Shown piece after piece: positions 59,999 through 64,000 of a DNA stretch of 64,000 nt. A model generated the notes under the pieces. That model worked only from the letters and a program-made list of their open reading frames with translations, ran no database searches and was not told the origin of the DNA. This stretch comes from Podarcis filfolensis (lineage: Eukaryota), in NCBI GenBank assembly GCA_964270895.1, contig OZ185440.1. One strand, given 5' to 3'. The translations under genes were made by a program, and so were the position numbers. Numbering within the stretch: the stretch's first letter is position 1; every line of letters begins with the position of its first letter.

Positions 59999-62900
59999 CC
60001 ATCATCAGCTCCTGAAGTGGCACCAATGCCCTGAGGCCGCTTGTCCTTGTTTTGGTGTTTTAAATGGTAAAGCGCCTTTGGCAGAATGGCAGTATTATTC
60101 TGAAGGATCCACTAAGCACATTGCATAAAACGATGCAATGTAAATCACGTTCCTAGCCACTCTTACACATTCCACTGCTCAGGTGCCATATCCTCCACTC
60201 AAAGTCTTATTTTCATCTGGTCATGAGTGTCCCCACCCATTGCCCTCCATCCCATCTCCTCCCCCTCCCATTACTGGCGACTGATGGTCTGTTGTCCAGC
60301 TGTGAGCTTCTTAATCATTTCCCCCCAGGACTGGAGGCCTTCAGTGACCAAGAGCAGGGAGGGAGAGCCAGCTGTGGCAATTGGTTCTGCTGCGTGGTGG
60401 TGCAGTCCTTACTTCCCCACCCCCCAGAATGGAGGTCTGCTCACTGCCGAAGGGCAGAGTGGGAGGGGCCAAGTTCGGCAGCAATCGATGTAATTAACCA
60501 CTCATGGCTGACCAAATTCTACCATGACCCACCCAGCCATAAAACACCAAGTCTCATTCTGGCATCACCCCCCAGTCTGCCAGATTCTGTATTGGTTCTA
60601 TCTGATCTGCCACCATCCCCAGGTTCCAGGGGAACGGCACTTTTGACATAAAAAGGTGGCAGCTCTGATTCCAAACTGCTGTGCAAATGACAGCAGAGCT
60701 TGTCCATAAACCAAATATTTTGCTAATATGCTGCCAGTTTCATGCACCGATCAACAAAGGCAGACTATAAGCTTGTGGGTTCAACTTCCTTGTTCACTAA
60801 AACCCTAAGGTCCACTTAACTTCAGCCAGATGCAAAGTAATAGTGCACATGGAGAGTGGAGTCAATTGCCTGCTGAGCCCCATGAGCCACGAGATAGCCT
60901 GCATGTATAAGTACAAATCTACTACTGATCAGGAATTCTAACACCAACCCCTAAAACGGGTCAAAGGCAAACAAAGAACACCCTATTTTTTCAATCAAGG
61001 AACACTGAAGCTAAGAGACAAGTGATTAGCCCAAGGCCAGCCATGGCAGATGATTCTGCTGTGTAGGTGCCATTTTTGTGCGTCTAATAACACGCTAACT
61101 TCACTAATGTACGAAGTTGCTGTTGTTATTATAATTTAAACACCCTCAGTGTTGTTCTGTACATAACAATATGAGGGCCGTCAATGAAATAACTTTATTT
61201 CAGCTGTTTTGTAATCTATTAAAAACTGCAGCACCAGGAGCCTGGAGAAGGAAGTGAGTTCTTGAACACTTTGCTTGCTCCCCTGGGTTGCTGTCTTTTG
61301 ATGAGGCAGTTGGTATGCGCTGCAAGGACTGGGGCAAGTGCCCCCTCCCTGCCTGATGCAGAGCTTGGAGAGAGGGTGCATTCAGTCTTGCAGCCTCCTG
61401 CATGAGCTCCTGGCTGGTCAAGGAGCATAAAAGCTCAGCTCAGCTGCTCGCTGGGACAGGATAGTGCCAACATGTGAAGCTACTGGGCCAAGTTCCAGCT
61501 GCTGGTTTTGGTGTATAAAGCCTATGCAGCTTGGGACCAGGATATGTGAAAGATCACCTTGCCCCTTATATACCCAACCCATCACTGTGCTGTGCAGCTG
61601 AAGTCCTCCTGCAGATGCCACATTATCAGGAGGGTCTGCTTCTCACAGCTGCGTCTTAGTGCTATCCTTTAGAATTCCCTTCCCTTAAATATTAGGCAGG
61701 TGCCATCTCTGTTGTCTTTTCAGCACCTACTTCCAACCAGCTTTTAAGTCAAGATCTTTCCCCAGCCTACATCTCTACTGGAATCATGTAAGGACATTTT
61801 TATTGTTTTATCAGTTGTTGGTTCTGGGCTCCTTCCTTTGGGTGGAAGGGCAGGATATAAGTTTAATAAACAAATAAATATTAAATATAAATGCATTTGC
61901 ACCCATATTGCAATAACCTCAATATGGGTGTCTTTCTTGATGGTGCAGGTATTTAAAAAGAAAAACTGCCTGTGGGTAAAGACTTCATCCAAGCACATAG
62001 CACATTGGCAACTCAGTTAGATTTTCATTATCCATTTTATCTGCTGGCCTGGATGTTTGATCTATGGATGTTTGTTACCTTTCCTTTTCCCTTCTTTTAC
62101 CTCCACCCTGCCTGTCCAATAAAGTTATTTATATTTTGACATTTGGCTTCCTTGGTTTTTTAAATGGCAATTTATCAGAATTTTCCCTGTGTGCTTAAGA
62201 TAGTGGGTTATGTCCCTTGAGACATCTCACAAAATACCGTCAAGTTCTGTGTCTTTCGAGACATAAATCAAATGTTCTCTTCTTGTTTATAATTTTTTTC
62301 TAAAGCAGGGTAGAAGGCAGGAGTCTGAGTTAGGGCAAAGAAACTCCTCAAGAGCTGGACAGCCTTAGGTGTGACAAGAGGTTCATTCTGTTTGGTGGGA
62401 GTCTTTTCTTTTCTCTCTTTCTCTTTTTGGTGGAAAGGGGATTATTTTATAAGAAAAAGGTCCCCACTAAAATACATTCCAGCAGGCCTATCACCTTATT
62501 TATCCGTTGTGCAGAACCTAGCTCATTTAGATGTTTAACAAATTTGTGATTCTGCACTGACAATTTAACGAAGAAAGGCTACCACAGCATTAAAAAGAGA
62601 AGCCATCTTTCCTATTGCTTCTCATGTCCTACTGAGCAGAGCAATCCTAGTCCCAGATATGTGCTGCAGGAGGGAGCCAGGTGTTTCTCTCGGCTGGGGC
62701 ACTGGTGGTGGTGGTGGTGGTGAGGATCTGCTTCCACAAAAGCTGCTAATGTGCCCACTGATGGCACAAACTACTGATGACCTAAGCCCTGAATACGGTA
62801 GAATGCGGGCAGGGCAGGGCTGGCAAGGATCCACTGGATCCTAAGCTGGTCCAGCCTCCAGAGAAGAGTTCAATCTGCATCTTTCTGCTGTGCAAGCAGA

Positions 62901-63299
62901 CTGGCAAAGCAAAAATTAAGAAAATAATATCCGGACACCTCCACCCATCTTTCCCCCTGGCTGGTAAGTTAAAGCAGCAATAACCAGCAGTGGGTTAACT
63001 CTTTCCCCTTCACCCTCTCCCATCATTTTTCTGCTATAAGCAGTCCCCACCCCAAACTGTTATTTGCTCTGCCAAAGAAAGCTTATGGATACTGCTAAGT
63101 CCTCCAGATCCAGATCCAACTTTCTGCCTGCTGGATCACATTATTCATATTTCACCTAGGGGATAACAAAATGTTTAAGGTTGGGCTGAATAAGAAAGGG
63201 GGCAAAAATGGGTACCTATAGTTAGGGATGGGGGAGAATATTGATTCAGTTCACATTTAGAGGTGAATCCATCAGATTCTCACTTTCCAAAACAAGGCA

Positions 63300-63650
63300 A
63301 GAAACAAAACAGAACTAAACTTTGAAATTTGCGCTCATCCAAATTTTGTGATGTAGTTCCCAAATGACTTTGCAAAAAATCAAATATGAGGTTAAAGTGT
63401 GCATAAAAAAGAATATATTGGTGAAAATAGCAAACAAATATGCATCATATTCGGAAAGAATGTTTGCAAAAATGTGTACATCAGCTAAAATTGCATTCAA
63501 AAATGTGTTTATTAGGAGAAATTTGCATTAAAATACTGAATAATTTTCATGACAATTTTTTCAAAGATTGCTGCAGAAATGTGGTGAACTGAATTTAAGA
63601 TTGGAGAAATGAGAAACCAAGCAACCAAAAATTCTCAGATTCAACCCTGT
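63300..63650. mobile_element. Unclassified AT-rich interspersed repeat (related pieces at ~27500-27700 and ~29060-29200)
   Basis: Shared words such as aaaatatgcat, gaagtgcaaa/ttcgcacttctc and ggagaaatttgc between the loci. Family not identified. Confidence 0.35.
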
Positions 63651-64000
63651 AATAGGTGATCCCACATCTCGCCTTGTGCTGCCAACAGCCGCTGGCTCCT
63701 GCTTCCTATTTGCATGGAAAAACCAAAGAGAAATCTCTTTGTTTAAGAAACGATCATGGGTTGCTGTATGGCTTTTCCTTCATGTGTTCTTGGAGCAGCC
63801 ATCAGCAGCTTATGTTCAAAGATGTGGTTTGACCTATGTATTGAGAAGTCTGAGTAGGTTTGTGAGAGGATCACATGATGAAAAAATTAATATGAATTTT
63901 AAACCAGCCTGATCTAAGCTTGCTCAGAGATTGTATAAGCTACCGAGAACCCTTCCTTCTCTGCTTTAATTCACAGACTTGGGGGATTTGTATAATGCAC

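Noticed and set aside
62955-62970. Perfect plus-strand donor CTG|GTAAGT
   Set aside because: Isolated 9-mer with no convincing acceptor or ORF; expected by chance in 64 kb.
1-64000. CRISPR arrays, rRNA or prokaryotic-type systems
   Set aside because: No regularly spaced repeat-spacer arrays or rRNA-like sequence; this is intron-rich vertebrate DNA.

Overview
Vertebrate genomic DNA. The repeat content (CR1 and L2 LINE fragments, tRNA-derived and CORE SINEs, hAT and Tc2-like MITEs) points to a squamate, possibly a lacertid lizard; this is inference. Two neuronal genes lie in tandem on the minus strand, in the same order as human 1p13.3. (1) SLC6A17 (NTT4/B0AT3) is complete: a non-coding first exon in a CpG island at ~59 kb, then 11 coding exons from 46506 down to 31783 that splice in frame to 2178 nt (725 aa + stop), and a long 3' UTR. 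(2) KCNC4 (Kv3.4) is partial: CpG-island promoter, coding exon 1 (12524-13165) and exon 2 (3508-4447); I did not find the downstream exons, which probably lie beyond position 1. All coding splice junctions were checked by hand (GT-AG, consistent phases). I found no clear new gene system. The best leads are regulatory: a candidate frame-preserving 18-nt microexon in KCNC4 intron 1, a weak/strong Kozak pair that could drop the Kv3.4 inactivation ball, a Cys-rich uORF starting MISS like the channel itself, RE1/REST-like sites, and a transposon packed with nested hairpins in SLC6A17 intron 1.
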